A stretch of DNA of 64,000 bases from Podarcis filfolensis (taxonomy: Eukaryota). The stretch's first letter is position 1; every line of letters starts with the position of its first letter. The translations under genes were made by a program, and so were the position numbers. Positions 39,151 through 51,051 of this stretch are shown here, piece by piece. Where the stretch lies: assembly GCA_964270895.1 (NCBI GenBank), contig OZ185439.1, one strand, 5' to 3'. The notes beneath the pieces are model-generated. The model saw only the letters and a list, made by a program, of their open reading frames with translations, made no database searches and was not told the DNA's origin.

Positions 39151-40052
39151 TTGCTTTGCAAAGCAAGAGCTTATTCTAAAGTAGTGCAAAAAGGAGAAAG
39201 CATAAGTACATTTTGCTGTCAAGCAAAAAAATAAAAGAAATCTAATTGGAACTGATACTGAGACATTTTCGAAACTGATTGTACTTGCAGTATTTCTACA
39301 GTGTAGGCCTCGGTGACCTTTATATAAGTAGATTAAAGCTTTGTCATTCTCATCTGCAAGCTCTGTGAATTATTAAAGCCATACAATCATAAGGTTAAAC
39401 TACTTCTGAACAGCAAACTACATTAGACGTGAGCCTTTCTTAGGAAGGTCATGCAAAAGCCATCTTCCTCGGAGAGGATGCAAATAAGGAAATTGGTAGA
39501 ATTTGAGGCTGATTCACCCATCAGTTGATTCAGTTCATCGGCTGCCACTTAAGAGGTGCAGTCCTATCAACACTTAACTGGTTGTAAACCCAATTGACCT
39601 CAGTGAAGGGTTGCTTCTGAGTAGACATAGGACTGCACTGTAAGTGACTCACACGGCTGCATGTGTCGACCACAGATTGAAGAGATGGTTAAAAAAACCC
39701 AAAAAACAGTTCTCTGTGGTGTTTGCTGGGTAGCAGCCACTTCACACTTGTATGTCATCAGTTTATGCTGCAGCTATCAAATGATAAACATGGATGTGTG
39801 ACTCTGTCCTTGCTCCCAGGTAAGTGTGATTGGCACTGCTGCATATATGCTCCCAGCATCAATTAAAAACACGGGCTTGAACAGCAAATGTTACTGCTAA
39901 AAAAAAATGTTAAAGAAAATGAGAGTTCCTCTCCAGTGCATGATTGCTTAAATACAAGGAAGGTATGTCTGTATCAGTTTCAGTTTCTCACTTTTTCCTA
40001 TCTTGTGTGTAGATCACAATGTTTCCATATCAGGTTGTGATATACAAATACC

Positions 40053-40053
<1 letters not shown>

Positions 40054-40085
<32 letters not shown>
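40054..40085. repeat. (AC)n microsatellite
   Basis: Read directly. Confidence 0.95.
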
Positions 40086-40087
<2 letters not shown>

Positions 40088-41016
40088 CTTATCATTTTTG
40101 TTTGTACACATTTCTCCTAATATACATATTTTTGTGCAATTTTGTCTAATAAACATCTTTCTGAAGCATTGTTGTCTAATATATTGTATGTTTGTATTTT
40201 CACGAATATATGTTCTTTATGCACACTTTTGCCTAACATACATATTTCTGCACAAAGTTTGGGTTGGGACACTGCATCTCATAATTCAGAAAAGTGTGAG
40301 TTTTGGAGGATAGCTGCATTTTGGTTCACATACTGTTTTGAGGAGCGTGGATTAGAGAGATTATTATTGAAGCTCAAGCAAAACTAAATCTTACAATTGG
40401 CTTCTGTTTAACGCATATTATTTTATCAACAACTATGTCTATATTTAATTGAATTTAGCTGTTCTATGTTCAAATCCAGCAGCTGCAAATTTATAATTCG
40501 ACCTACTGAGTTGCACCGGCTTCCCTTAGCAATAGTAGTTTTATAAATGAACAAAATGCTCCAATTATTTATGCACTAAATCCAGGGCCAGCTCCAAGTT
40601 AAAGTGAACTGGATTCACTCTGTTGGATCTTCTCCTCTACTGATATGTCCTGGTGGGCTTACCTGAGAGTGGTAGTCAACCACTGTGGCAGCAGCAATGC
40701 TCTAAGAACCATTGGATGGCTGGGTCTAGCTGTCATTTACATTGTCTACAATGTCCCAGAGTAACAGTACCTAGGAGGAATTGCTGAAAATATAAATGGT
40801 GGCTATACCCATCTACCTCATGTCCCAAAGCAGGTGTCAGCAGTTGTGCCCCACCTCAGCACTGGTGCCCCAACAGCTGGCCAAGAATGACAGATATGGA
40901 AGTCCATCTCAATGAAGTCTCAGTGGCAGGGGACTACTGATTTCTCCTGTCATTACTCTGCTTTACTATACAGCCATGCCTTATAGTAGGCATGGGGAAC
41001 CTGTGACTCTCTAGAT

Positions 41017-41153
41017 CAGCCTTTCTCAGCCTGTGGGTCCCCAGATGTTGTTGAACTACAACTCCCATCACCCCTAGCTAGCAAGGCCAGAGCTCAGGGA
41101 TGATGGGAGTTGTAGTTAACAACATCTGGGGACCCACAGGTTGAGAACCTCTG
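41017..41153. mobile_element. hAT MITE
   Basis: Long imperfect TIRs CAGCCTTTCTCAGCCTGTGGGTCCCCAGATGTTG / CAACATCTGGGGACCCACAGGTTGAGAACCTCTG; perfect TSD CTCTAGAT. Confidence 0.88.
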
Positions 41154-41370
41154 CTCTAGATGGTAGAGAGAAAGGTTGTGCTGTCACTAAGTATTAATGT
41201 ACCATTTAGGCGCACTTGGAGTGGGTTATACTGTTTCATTCACTGGTTTCTTACTAAAAGATGTGTAGATCTCTTAGGTAAATAGAAATTTTAATTTGAT
41301 GGAAATATACTCCATTAGAGTTGCATATATTTCCATTTTAACAAAATAAATTAAATTAAATAAATAAATA

Positions 41371-41455
41371 AAATTCCTTTCAGTAGCACCTTAGAGACCA
41401 ACTAAGTTAGTTATTGGTATGAGCTTTCATGTGCGTGCACACTTCTTCAGATACC
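41371..41455 (-). mobile_element. Penelope-like element remnant (single arm)
   Basis: About 90% similar to the arms of the palindrome at 50826-51051; carries a hammerhead motif. Confidence 0.65.
41416..41455 (-). ncRNA. Minimal type I hammerhead ribozyme motif (G-U at base of stem II)
   Basis: Minus strand GGUAU CUGAAGA A GUGUG-CACG-CACAU GAAA GC UC^AUACC: stem I GGUAU/AUACC, core CUGANGA and GAAA, palindromic AGCU stem III. Confidence 0.65.
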
Positions 41456-41582
41456 GTTTTCATTTTAAGATAGTGCTCACAAAACCATAGCTACAAACTT
41501 TTTACACACACACATATGTATTCCCGGTCCCTTTTTTCCATGCAATCACTCTCCATGAAGTCCCCAAACATACCACCACATG

Positions 41583-41592
41583 AACAAACAAA

Positions 41593-41630
<38 letters not shown>
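41583..41630. repeat. (AAAC)n(AC)n microsatellite
   Basis: Read directly. Confidence 0.95.
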
Positions 41631-41634
<4 letters not shown>

Positions 41635-42548
41635 TGCACTGCACTCAGCATGCAGTTTCCATGATAGTGGCAGCATTGCTTGGAGTCCCCAGAATTACAG
41701 GAAACCCTTGCAGAATGTATCCATGAACTGAACCCCAAACGTCTGTTTGCAAACTGGGGCATGCAAGGAGTGATCATGTGGGACAAGAGCAGAGCAGTTG
41801 AGAAAATGCTGAATCCCGTGTGAACTGGTCAATTAATCTTTTTTTTGTCGCTGTTCAAAATTTATATATTCTTTAGTAGAAAGTCCAAAATTAGAATTTT
41901 TATTTCTCCTTCTCAGAGAGGAGATAAATAGATTGGGTGGGAAGAGACATGTGTTCACTCTAACTGGGTTAGTGAATTTGTAAAAGGAGGAAAAAATCCT
42001 GTATCTTGCATTTCTAAAACTATTTGGAAAAAGCCCATTCAGCTAAAACATAATTAGGTTACAGTTGCAAGACCTAACATAGGCAATGTGGGAGCCACTT
42101 CTCCCTTCCATGTATGCGAATACCAGGCAAAGGCACACCCGGTTGCTGGCAATACTGACCCCCACTGGGAGTGCAAAAGTCACCTATCAGACGATGGAAT
42201 GTATGGCATATGTGTGTAGTGACATGCCACTGCTGTTGTGGGGAGATCGAGCATGGAAGTAGCTTCTTGTCCGTCTTGCACGGTGGCACAAAGGAATGCA
42301 AGTAGTTTCACCCTTCCTCCTCACTTTGCCCTCACTCAGGACGCTTCAAGTACTTGGGTCACGTAAAATGTACTAATTTCTAACGTGGTTATTATGGTAA
42401 AGTTATGGGGTGGTGGGTTTTTTGGGGGGGGTTGCTGATACTGCTCGTTGCCAGGGGCCCAAGGGGCCCTAGGTACATCTCTGATACCAGGACTACATCG
42501 GCAGGGCCCATACAAAGATTTCTCACCCTATCATAACCAGGCCAGCAA

Positions 42549-42892
42549 TGGCGCTGTGGGTTAAACCACAGAGCCTAGGACTTGCCGATCAGAAGGTCAG
42601 CAGTTCAAATCCCAGCGACGGGGTGAGCGCCCATTGCTCGGTCCCAGCTCCTGCCAACCTAGCAGTTTGAAAGCGCGTCAAAGTGCAAGTAGATAAATAG
42701 GTACCACTCCGGTGGGAAGGTAAACGGCGTTTCCATGCGCTGCTCTGGTTCGCCAGAAGCGGCTTAGTCAGGCTGGCCACATGACCCGGAAGCTGTACGC
42801 TGGCTCCCTCAGCCAATAAAGCGAGATGAGTGCGCAACCCCAGAGTCAGCCACGACTGGACCTAATGGTCAGGGGTCCCTTTACCTTTACCT
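42549..42892 (+). mobile_element. Sauria SINE, slightly 5'-truncated
   Basis: TGGCGCTGTGGGTTAAACC head through to a CCCTTTACCTTTACC tail; no TSD seen. Confidence 0.92.
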
Positions 42893-43115
42893 CGGGTTAA
42901 GAACCTAATTTGTTCTGGAGGTCTGTTCTTAACCTGAAACTGTTCTTAACCTGAAGCACCACTTTAGCTAACAGGGCCTCCTGCTGCCACCACGGTGCAA
43001 TTTCTGTTCTCATCCTGAAGCAAAGTTCTTAACCCGAGGTACTATTTCTGAGTTAGCAGAATCTGTAACCTGAAGCGTCTGTAACCTGAAGCGTCTGTAA
43101 CCCAAGGTACCACTG
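42888..43115. mobile_element. Tc1/mariner MITE (same family as 4821-5068, opposite orientation), left TIR truncated
   Basis: Right end GGTACCACTG-TA intact; left end begins at TACCTCGGGTTAAG, fused to the SINE tail. Confidence 0.85.
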
Positions 43116-45584
43116 TATTTCCAATATAGTCTCTTCTCCAATCCCTCCACCCCCAAACCACAACAGCTTAGTATTTTTTACTGTAGGGAAGAATTCCCCC
43201 TTCCTCTGCAACTATGTATGAAAGGGGGTTTCACAAACTGGTGTGTGCACATTTATTACAGGGTTAGCCAACATGGCTTTGCATGACAACTCTGACCATA
43301 TCTGATCATTGACTATGCGGGCTGCGAGTGATGGGGGTTTTGGTCCAACAATATCTGGAAGGAACCATGTTGGCGACCCCTCAATCAGTAACACTTTGAC
43401 GACGACAATTCTGAAAGAAGGTGGTAAGCCCCCCCTCCACTCTTGCAAAACATGCCCCTGTGCTAAGTGACATGTGCCACTTCAGTAGAGTGGAAAGCAG
43501 AGTTGAGTATTCCTTCCCTTTCTCAGTTCAAACCCACCACACTGAGCGCTCCTTCTGAATTTCTCTGGGCCCAGGATGGCATGTCCTGGTGCCAGCCATG
43601 CTTATATTGTGGTGAATTAGTACATTTGAACTGAACTACACATAATGAAGACAGTTTGAGATAGCATTGTCCCTATATGAGTACACTGTGTCCACGAGGT
43701 ATAAGATTCAGACTAACAGTAATGTGCACTCAGAAGTAAGTCCTAGCGAATTCTATGAGGCTTACTCCCAGGTAAGGCTGCAATCACCAAAACCCCAATG
43801 CAAGGCTGGGAGAGAAAGTTGCAATGAGTGAGAGCATCCCTCTACTCCATTCTGCTGACTCAACCAGCCTTCCATTCTGTTGGCCCAGACCTCCCTCTCC
43901 CACCCACCGAACATGGTGGTTTTGTTGCCAGAACAGTCTAACAGAAGGCTCTGAAACGGGGCACTTTGAGGGTAGGACTGAGCGATCTTATCAAAGGAGC
44001 AAGACAAGAATGGGGGGGTGCAATCTGTGTGAATAAACTTGATATTAAGATTTCCGGAATATTTGCCGCTTAGTAATTTATTTCCAGCACAGATGTATCT
44101 TGTGGCTATTTTTTAAAAAAAGTGAGTCTCAAAATGATGGCTCATAGCTGACTTTGTCGTACTAAATAGATATCTTTCAGGATTGTTCAGGGTGGTGATA
44201 TACATACGCAAAGCAGAATGATGCACAGGGTTTAAGTAGAGGACGGCTTTAAAAACCTGAACGATACCTTCAAAGCACACACTTCAGTCCAGAATATTTC
44301 ACACCTCCAGTCACAGGCAAGAATCTGTTTTGGGTTTGAACAACTCTGCTTAAAGTGGAAAGTCTAGCTGTTAAAACAGTTATGCCCGGATGGATTTTCT
44401 TTCTAGATTTTGAAAAGGACATGTATTTTCAACCTCTGTCGGGTCATTATTTCTCTCTTGGTGCATTCCTGTTAAATTAATGTGCACCTTCAATGTGTGC
44501 CTTTTTATATACGTACTCAACGGATAAGGCATGGCTTTTTATTTCAGTAGCATACCATTACAGGAATATTCAGTAAAAGTAAGAGTTTTGCACATTCTGA
44601 CACCTGCCTGAACCCACAGACTGCATTTCATTAGCTCCTTTTATTGGGCAATGAATTAAAAGGTTACACGGATCATAATGGAAATAACAGCTCATACACA
44701 TGAGCCATAACCCATTCTATGAGTCACTGAATAAATTGCACATTGCAAGTCAGCTGATTCCAAGACACTTAGCACTTTTACCTTAAGCTCCCTGATTATT
44801 TTTGGATTAGTAGAGGAATAATGTCTTTTGGTTTCAAAGACATTCATCAGGGCCTGAGAAGAGAGATGAGCTTGTCAAAATTAAAATTAAAACAATCAGA
44901 CGTGGGCCATGGCGCTTTTCTAAATAAAGCCTTTTAAAAAGAGATTTGAAATATGACCCAAATCTTGATTCAAAGGTTCGGAAGTAGTTGATAATACAGC
45001 CAAGCCCGTGAAATCAGCCCTTAAGTTGCTCTTTTCAGCTGCTATATGCACTTCTAGAACTCAATGGGACTTTGGAATGGACATGTATCAGATTGCACTG
45101 TGTGTGTTGTGATGTTTTACCTTGTGATTGTATTGCTATACAGTGCAATATATATTGTGGTTTCTATGTAAGCCACATCAGCTGTGTTTGCACACAACAC
45201 TAAGCCAACCCATGACTTAGCATGAGTGTGCAAATATGTTTGCTCCTGGGGTGGAAATCACAGACACTTTGCTCCTTCCTGGACCTTTCAGTTCAGTTGG
45301 GCAGCGAAGCCAAGGCTTGGCTTGCCATGATGGGCAAACCAAGCCATTGAGATAGATAATTTTCCCCCTCCTCCATGCCCCCCAATCTTTTCTAGAGGTT
45401 CCTCCCATCCTCCAAAACAAATTTGCAGACAGTGAGGAGCATGGAAGGGGAAGGAGCATCTCCTTGCTCTAGGGGTAATCCTTGCACAAGTGCAAACAGT
45501 TAATTGAACACCTCCTTTTATCTTTACTACAATGCATTTAATTGCTCCCCCTCCCCACTCTCAAATTACAAACTATTCTCTTAC

Positions 45585-45640
45585 CTTGCCAAAGCTTCCT
45601 TTCCCAATTGCTCGAAGTATCTGGAAGTGATCAAAATTCA
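45585..45640 (-). CDS. STK32C: STK32C coding exon, 56 nt, glycine-rich loop (xNFDHFQILRAIGKGSFGK)
   Basis: Minus strand reads ttttttgcAG|TGAATTTTGATCAC...TTTGGCAAG|GTAAGA. Starts in phase 1, ends in phase 0 and joins in frame to the 585-736 exon, giving GKGSFGK-VCIV. Candidate branch point ACTAAT about 40 nt upstream. Confidence 0.95.
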
Positions 45641-46130
45641 CTGCAAAAAAAGACAAAGAAGTTCTGTCATTTTTCATTAGTTTCCCACCGACGTATTTCA
45701 TAGAGGTATGCCATTTATAATCATAAATGAGGTGGAAGAGTGTTGGGCTTGGATTGCGGAGACCAGGGTTCAAATCTCCAATTCAACCCTGACTTTCCTA
45801 GAGTGAGATATAAATGTGAAAAACAAAATATGTGAACCCCGAAGATCCACAAATGTGAGTTGCTTTTTGCTAAAGCACAGTAGTGGAGGATTTTCTAAAC
45901 TTTTTAAGGTTAAAATATTCATTTAAAACATTCATACACTGGCCTCCTTTACCAACAACAAACCCAGAGCTTTTCAGAACTCCACTGGCAGCATTCTAGA
46001 CAGTCTTAGACATACACAGACACTCTCAACTATCACACTCTCCTTACACCCACCAGAGTATTTGATCTATGCAATTCTTACTTCAATAAAAAAGTAGAAT
46101 ATTTTATCAATAATCAACCAATAATCATCT

Positions 46131-46480
46131 AAAGGTAAAGGTACCCCCTAACCATTAGGTCCAGTCACGGACGACTCTGGGGTTGTGCACTCATCTTGCT
46201 CTATAAGCCGAGGGAGCCGGCGTTTTGTCTGCAGACAGTTTTTCCAGGTCATGTGGCCAGCATGACCAAGCCGCTTCTAGCGAACAGAGCAGCACATGGA
46301 AATGCCGTTTTACCTTCCCGCCAGAGCGGTACCTATTTATCTACTTGTACTTTGACATGGTTTTGAACTGCTAGGTGAGCAGGAGCTGGGACCGAGCAAT
46401 GGGAGCTCACCCCATCGTGGGGATTCGAACTGCCAGCCTTCTGATCGGCAAGCCCAAGAGGCTCAGTGGTTTAGACCACA
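46131..46480 (-). mobile_element. Sauria SINE, 5'-truncated
   Basis: Tail at 46131; body matches the reverse complement of 42549-42892. Confidence 0.92.
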
Positions 46481-49400
46481 TAAAAAAACCCACTCATTTC
46501 CTCCAATTTTCTCATCTGAGGTGATACAGGCAACCTCTCCCCATCTCTCACCTTGGGACATTAAGCCCCTCTCCACCAATGGGTTTTCACCCTGTGGGGA
46601 TTCAGGCATAGCCAACAGCACACATGGTGCACCCCAGTCAATCAGACAAAAATAAATAAAAGTAATCACCCTTAAAGAAAAATAATGTGCGCCCCCCCCC
46701 CCAAAAAAAGTGTGGGTCAGGTGCTCAAAATAACTGAAGAGGAAACAAGTGATTCCACTACCGCCCACCCAGTTTCCAAAAAATCTTAAATGTGTATACA
46801 GTAATCTAGAAACTATACACAGTACTCTAAGCTTCTTGGAGGAACGGTGGAATAATAATAATATAATAAATAATTGCAATACTATTCAGTCTTTAAAAGG
46901 CTGTGGCTTTTGTTTGTGAGTGATGCAACAGAGTCATGGTGAATATGCAGCAGCCCACATACTTGTCACTTCTGTTAGGAGGAAACTAACATTTAAAGAA
47001 GAGGCTGCTGGCATCTGCTTAGTTGATTTATGGCTCCATTTGAGTTTTAGCTCCTAGCTAATTCCAGAGCCATAATGGGATATAATGGCAGCTAGGAAGT
47101 GTGTTTATACATCACTTTAATTATGTTTAATGTTGCCTGGATCTGCAGACAAAGCAGCTAGAAAATTATTACTACAAGCATAATGACCATGATCTTTAAA
47201 AAGTACTCATAGTGTAAGATGCTATGTTACATTTACCTAGCAAAATAAAAATCTATGGCTCCTAAATATAAACATTTTTGCTTTTCCGAATCCTGATTTA
47301 AGTCTCATGTGAAGTCAAAAACAGAATCCCACTTCAGTTACGCCTTGATTGGCTTAATTTTGTTGTCCTTTCCTGCACATGTTTTATAAGATCTCTGGCA
47401 TTTTCTAGGAGGTTCTTCACACAACACAATCCGGAAGTAGGAGCTATAACAAAAGGTGGCATTGTGTAGTCCTCCTGTTCAAGATATCAGCCAGCCAGTC
47501 AAACCTCTTCTAGGATTATTCATTTATTTATACAGGGGTGTAACAACAACAACAACATTGTGTTAAAGCATTTCTAGCCTGTCCTTCTTCACGAAGAGCT
47601 CAGCATATGGGGGCAAAAGACGTAAAAACTAAAATATGTAATGAGCGGATGTTGCTGTTTTGTTTATTAGTAAATAGAATATGAATCCATTATTCTGGGC
47701 CAGACTCTGTGATGAGGTATATACGACATGCCCTTCTCTTCTGCTCACTTGAATGGAAAGCACAAGGTGGGTGTGCAAAAGGACATACACACAGAACTAT
47801 TCATTCACTTGAAGTAAATAAGGAAAGCTATGTACATCAAGGCTTGTGTGTGCATCAAGGAAGAAGAGGGATTTGGGGTTGAGGACAATAGTACTAATGC
47901 AAATGGCCAGCTAACATGAAAATCAGCATTTGGAGATTGCTCATGGGGTCTCAGCGTTTTAAGAGGAGCTGTGAGGGAAAGGATGATCTGTTGTGGGCGA
48001 AATATTGTTCCACACAGGATAGAAAGCAAAAGTGTGCTATTTAAAAAATCCTATTCCTGGTTCCCACTGATTTGATCAAATTTAGCAGCAGGCCAGTTTC
48101 ATACCAATGTAGGCAGTCCTTCAAATGCTCAACCTACTTAGATAATGTATTGTGAGTTTTTACGTGGTTAGGTGAATCCTGGCTCAGACTGACTGAGCTG
48201 TTCTGACGAAAGGCTAACAAAGGAGAATAGGCAAGATGGAGAGATGGGGGACACTTCATTCCATATTTGAATTCAAAATAACTTGCCGAACTATTGCTTG
48301 CAGGCTTCTCCTTCTCCTTAATGGAGTTGGAGAACCAAGATTACAGGAAACCAACAACCTGAAGCCCCCTCTCTCTGCCACCCCTACCACCCCCTGCATC
48401 TCTTTATATTCACCATGGTTCACTGTGCCTTTTTCATGCTAGATGCGCAGCGTTTCTAAAAATGACAACACGTCTCCACAAAAGATGTGATTATTCTAAA
48501 AATAGAAGATTCTAAAGTTGCTGGGAACAATACATAGTTTTACTTTCTTTTTTAGAGAGAAAACTGCCTTTCACTAATGACTCAAATAGCTTATCATTGG
48601 GAACGATTTGTAATCACCAATATAAATGGGCAGAGGAGAGTTTCATGACATGCAGCCGTCACAAGTAAAGAGATGACAGCTGTTGCCTATTCAGAGAGGA
48701 CCATTCTCACCCACTAACGTGTCTTCGGGGTGACACAGTTTTGACATCGGCAATCCATTATATACCACAAAGCTTTTGGCTCGAGGTTTCCGTAGAGAAA
48801 CTGGAGGGGTCACGAGTGCTGGGAAACGCTCTGCAAATTACAAAGGAAGCAGAATGCAGCAAAGTTACATAACTACATAAACCTGGTTATGAAACTTGAA
48901 CTGCAAATTACATAGAATATTCTATGGGCTGTTTCTTGTGAAAACAATACTGTTCATTATTTCTCTCAATTACTCTGGCAATTCATGTCCAGCCTCTCTT
49001 ACAAGAGAGGAGGTGCTGGTCAAGAGACTGAACATTTGACAATGGAAGCCCTTAGTGGAAAGCAGATAATAGAGCTATTCCTATTTTTACCTAATGCTCA
49101 GCAAAATGGTATAAACTCGCTATATCGTTGTATTTAAAAAAACAGCAACAGTAAGTTGGGCAAGCTGGCCCTTCCCTGCCAACATTCACTGGAATAAGCA
49201 CTGTATAGCCATCTGGCTTTGAACTTGGTGGTCAATAACCAGAACCTTAAGAGCTGCATTCATATAGCACCAAGGTCAGTTCCAAATAACTGCTCATTAC
49301 AGGCATTTCTGTTTATGATTCAATCTGATAGACAGGAAGATAAATGCCAATCCTTCCTCTATCCATTGCTATAATCACCGTCATCAGTAATATTGCTCTG

Positions 49401-50825
49401 CTTTCCTTTGAATCATATCAGCAAGGTCAAGGGAGGGGTCTTGTCAACTGGGCAGCCAAGGACTTCCATACACACTGCCCAGGCTTGGACCCTGGAAAGG
49501 TCACTTTGGTGCTGCTAATGCAATGGTTTGACTTCACCCCCGGAGGAGCACTCCCTTGTCTCATTCCATTGTCTCTCAAGACACACAGATGGCAACAACA
49601 ACAGTAGTAGTGGTTGATGGGGGCAGTGCTGCTTACCTGACTTCCCATCACTGCCATCACAGTGGTGTACTAGGTGGGGTGAGGTGGCAGTGAGGTTGGT
49701 GCAGTGCAAACATGCCAAAGGAGCCAATCTGACCCCTCCCCCGTTGGTGTGCTTGCACCATGCCAGCCTCGCTGCTGCCTTGCCCCTTATCCTCCTGGTG
49801 CACCACAGTGACGGTAGTGACTGAAGGTCAAGAAAGCAGCACTGTCCTGCACCACAACCCGCTACTGAGAGTCATCTGTGGCTTTTATTCAAATGCAGAT
49901 CTGTGAGTCAGAATACCATGCGCCACACTGAGGCAGATTGGGAGGGAAAGTACAACAAGATCACCCTCTTTACCATGAGACTTGAGGCGACTTCTCTGTA
50001 GTGCTGGAAAGAAAGTAGCAGGTACCAGCAGAATGCAGGTAGTGGTAGCAGATCCTGCTCTGCCTGAGGCTTCAGAATGGCTTGCACAGGTCCTACAGGT
50101 GTCTAACTGCAGGGATAGTCAACAGGGTGGACTAAAACTCTTTTGATCCCTGATCATTGGCCATCCTAGCCAAGGCTGACGAGAGTTTGAGTCCAACAAC
50201 TTCTGGACAGTATCATGTTGGCTACCCCTGAATGATAGAATAAATGTAAGTCATTTTGGTTTGCATACATATGGTGTGGGAAATGGTTTATGTAAAGGTT
50301 ATTTCATTAGAAAATGAACTATGTTGGCCAGACTTTGCTACACATAGGCACTCCAGAGAGAAAGCAGCAAGCGTTGGTGGGGATTCAAAATGTAAAATTA
50401 TATTTGCATCTTAAATATCATTTCACCATCTTGCAGACCTTGGGTGGCAAAGAGAAAAAAACAAAACAAAAACAAACTGAACCTGAATTACATGATTTGT
50501 GTTTCAACAAAGTGTTCAAATGTGTATAAGCTGGAGCATGGTTTCGTATTGTGAGGCACATTATAAATCATTTTTTAAAAGTGCCGTTCACAAAATCTTC
50601 TTAGGCCACAGGTTGCAGGGCATTTGCACAGTAGAAGTTGCACTGAGGTCAATGGCATAATTCTAAGGCCCTGATCTGATGAAAAGCCAGTTGTGCTTAA
50701 GTTCCATTGAAACCAATGTGACAAACTTCACTGATTTCAATGGAATTTCAATACTACAAACTTTAGTTGGATCAGAGCCTAGGAATCATGCCACTGATTT
50801 CAGTGAGACTTCTTTAGCTGAGTTA

Positions 50826-51051
50826 CAGATAGGTAGCCGTGTTGGTCTGCCATAGTCAAAACAAAAAAATTTTTTTCCCGCCAGTAGCACCTTAAAGACC
50901 AACTAAGTTAGTTCTTGGTATGAGCTTTCGTGTGCATGCACACTTCTTCAGATACCATCTGAAGAAGTGTGCATGCACACGAAAGCTCATACCAAGAACT
51001 AACTTAGTTGGTCTTTAAGGTGCTACTGGCAGGAAAAAATTTTTTTTGTTT
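50826..51051. mobile_element. Penelope-like element remnant with inverted (palindromic) structure and 16-bp TSD
   Basis: TTCTTTAGCTGAGTTA at 50810-25 and 51052-67; arms about 50857-50953 and 50957-51052 are reverse complements around a 3-nt spacer. The Penelope assignment is from recalled reptile PLE termini and the hammerhead motif. Confidence 0.75.
50917..50956 (-). ncRNA. Minimal type I hammerhead ribozyme motif
   Basis: Minus strand GGUAU CUGAAGA A GUGUG-CAUG-CACAC GAAA GC UC^AUACC: all core nucleotides present, 5-bp stems I and II, loopless palindromic stem III. One extra A after A9. Confidence 0.75.

Noticed and set aside
45573-45773. 66-aa ORF as a stand-alone gene or extended exon
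   Set aside because: Only 45585-45640 is kinase-like and bounded by splice sites; the upstream part is intron and starts in a SINE remnant.
50957-50993. Active plus-strand hammerhead
   Set aside because: Core is intact, but stem I has only 2 bp and this strand is antisense to the host gene.
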